From the NCBI RefSeq assembly GCF_006345805.1, contig NW_021836997.1, positions 1-23,200 on the forward strand: DNA of 23,200 nt, in the 5' to 3' direction. Of this stretch, positions 20,870-23,200 are shown piece by piece. The notes beneath the pieces were generated by a model. It saw only the letters and a list, made by a program, of their open reading frames with translations. It ran no database searches and was not told the origin of the DNA. Within the stretch, counting starts at the first letter, position 1; every line of letters starts with the position of its first letter. Both the position numbers and the translations under genes were made by a program. This DNA is from Octopus sinensis. Its lineage: Eukaryota.

Positions 20870-21277
20870 CATCAAAATGTAGTTTTTCAAACAGACTGTA
20901 CATTGAGACGAGATGTGATGAAGAACGGTCAATTAGAACACAGGATAAATATATATATATGTAGACATTGAACCACTAACGCTATAATAACGACAAATTT
21001 AAGACTTGTTATGTGAAGTAGCGCCAAGAAGAGTGATAGTGTCATTCGACGTAAGAGAAAGACAGACAAATGAAACAAAACCAGAACTGAAATCTTTCTG
21101 ACAGAAAAACAGGAAGTAGGAAGTAGGAAGTAGAAAGCGTGTGGCACCTTGTAAAGAAGGAGAGGAGGAAACAGTAACAAGGAATCAAGAGAAAGCGAAA
21201 GACAACGTTAGAGAGTAAAAGAAACGAAGGGAAAGAGGGAAAGGAAGAAAAATGTGTATTTGTATGTATATATATAT

Positions 21278-21583
21278 CACCGTGATCACCGTGACCGACC
21301 AGGCTATCAGATGTTGTTGCACATCGCTGGTCACAATGCGCTTCGCATTGTTTTAGCCTTCAAATGACGCCACCTCGCTGGCTAAGCGAGCAGGCCAACA
21401 GTAGAAAGAGTGAGAGAAAGTTGTGGCGAAAGAGTACAGCAGGGATCGCCACCACCACCCTGCCTCGTGGAGCTTTAGGTGTTTTTGCTCAATAAACACT
21501 CGCAACGCCCTGTCTGGGAATCGAAACCGCGATGCTACGACCGCGAGTCCGCTGCCTAACCACTGGGCCATTGCGCCTCCACA
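21278..21583 (-). mobile_element. SINE family C
   Basis: Colinear with 19670-20013; ends cattgcgcctccaca; TSD obscured by flanking tgtatgtatata repeats. Confidence 0.94.
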
Positions 21584-21594
21584 TGTATGTATGT

Positions 21595-21612
21595 ATATAA
21601 ATATAAATATAT

Positions 21613-21701
<89 letters not shown>

Positions 21702-21729
21702 CTATATATAATATATATATTATATATAT

Positions 21730-21814
<85 letters not shown>

Positions 21815-21843
21815 TATTTGATTTGATATATATATATATATAT
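21595..21843. repeat. Long interrupted (TA)n microsatellite
   Basis: Directly visible. Confidence 0.96.
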
Positions 21844-21844
21844 A

Positions 21845-22194
21845 CAGTCCCACTGCGTGGCATCTTGGGCAAGTGTCTTCTGCTATAGCCCTGGCCGACC
21901 AATGCCTTGTGAGTGGATTTGGTAGACGGAAACTGAAAGAACCTGTCGTATATATGTATATATATATATATGTGTGTGTTTGTGTGTCTGTGTTTGTCCC
22001 CCTAGCATTGCTTGACGACCGATGCTGGTGGTTTCACGTCCCCGTCACTTAGCGGTTCAGCAAAAGAGACCGATATAATAAGTACTGAGCTTACAAAGAT
22101 AAGTCCCGGGGTCGATGTGCTCGACTAAAGGCGGTTGCTCCAGCATGGCCGCCCGCAGTCAAATAACTGAAACAAGAAAAAAAGAGAAGAGAGA

Positions 22195-22199
<5 letters not shown>
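21845..22199 (+). mobile_element. SINE family A, 5'-truncated within the B box
   Basis: Starts cagtcccactgcgtggcatcttgggcaagtgtc; full 3' part to ctgaaacaagaaaa. Confidence 0.92.
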
Positions 22200-22233
<34 letters not shown>

Positions 22234-22471
22234 AAAATCGTATAGTAAATGGCCAAACGAACGGAAAACAGACACAGAATGGCAAATGCAGTTTTGTGCT
22301 TTTAACAATAATATTAGTGTCCTTCTGGTGGCAAACAGCAAGAACTGCCGGGAAATGGGACCGAAACATAACAGAACGAGAACAGACAAACAACAAATGG
22401 GTAAACAAATACATACGCACATGCGCTCGCGCACTCACATATATATATATCATCGATCAAACACGTCCAGT

Positions 22472-22681
22472 GTACGTGTTTTGCTTTTCCGCTGGTACGC
22501 TGCGCGGAGGCGTTTTGGGGAAAAACTTCCTCGTAGCACTGGATTTTAAAACACCTGAAAGTCATAAGCAGCTGAGGCGACTCGCCTCCCATGCCATCCG
22601 CTATTTCAACACCCGGTGTTGTGAGAGATCGACCCCCAAAGTGCTGAGCGCAGCGTTCCAGCGAAAAAGCAAGACATATAC
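22472..22681. repeat. Degenerate inverted repeat (~80-bp arms), old MITE-like foldback
   Basis: gttttgcttttccgctggtacgctgcgcggag (22477-22508) versus the reverse complement of 22644-22675: 27/32 identical; weaker similarity extends both ways. Confidence 0.75.
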
Positions 22682-22805
22682 GAGTGAGGTCGGTAATGTT
22701 TACAACACTAGCAATGCTTTTAACTCTTAATTGAATTTAATCTTAAGCATTGTTGTGACATACAAGCAAATGGTTCTTACACTGTCTGTATACAGTGGTA
22801 GACTA

Positions 22806-22845
<40 letters not shown>

Positions 22846-22846
22846 G

Positions 22847-23077
22847 AAGGCGGCGAGCTGGCAGAAACGTTAGCACGCCGGGCGAAATGCGAAGCCGTAT
22901 TTCGTCTGCCGTTACGTTCTGAGTTCAAATTCCGCCAAGGTCGACTTTGCCTTTCATCCTTTCGGGGTCGATAAAATAAGTACCAGTTACTCACTGGGGT
23001 CGATGGAATCGACTTAATCAGTTTATCTGTCCTTGTTTGTCCCCTCTGTTTAGCCCCTTGTGGGTAGTAAAGAAATA
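22847..23077 (+). mobile_element. SINE family B, full length, embedded in (ATT)n
   Basis: aaggcggcgagctggcagaaacgttagcacgccgggcg..gagttcaaattcc..gtagtaaagaaata; (ATT)n at ~22806-22845 and ~23080-23163. Confidence 0.95.
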
Positions 23078-23126
23078 TATATTATTATTATTATTATTAT
23101 CATTATTATTATTATTATTATTATTA

Positions 23127-23163
<37 letters not shown>

Positions 23164-23200
23164 GAGTGAGAGAGCAGTGCATGCCATCAAAGTAACACTG

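Noticed and set aside
22296-22730. 144-aa ORF with a complex-looking C-terminal half
   Set aside because: It crosses a (TA)n tract, begins at a non-ATG codon, lacks a clear acceptor before the complex part, and that part coincides with the inverted repeat.

Overview
Eukaryotic, almost entirely repeat-derived DNA. The tRNA-headed SINE families and dense (TA)n/(TG)n/(CATA)n/(ATT)n microsatellites resemble Octopus (cephalopod) genomic DNA; that is inferred from recalled repeat families, not from a search. No intact gene, true tRNA/rRNA gene or CRISPR array is supported, and most listed ORFs are microsatellite read-throughs. The window holds about 16 SINE insertions from four families, several with clear target-site duplications. 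It also holds decayed non-LTR retrotransposon fragments: two CR1-like, one RTE-like and five R4/Dong-like pieces, the last all on the minus strand. There is a near-identical ~0.95 kb tandem duplication, a 242-bp direct repeat pair and three foldback structures. The most notable observations are (1) a candidate type I hammerhead ribozyme with an atypical CCGACGA core inside a palindrome at 631-737, resembling a Penelope-like element end; (2) a head-to-tail stack of R4-like 3' ends associated with (CATA)n at 6003-6920; (3) a SINE dimer under one TSD; and (4) two weak, phase-compatible candidate exons on the plus strand. All translations and alignments were done by eye, so boundaries of degenerate elements are approximate.
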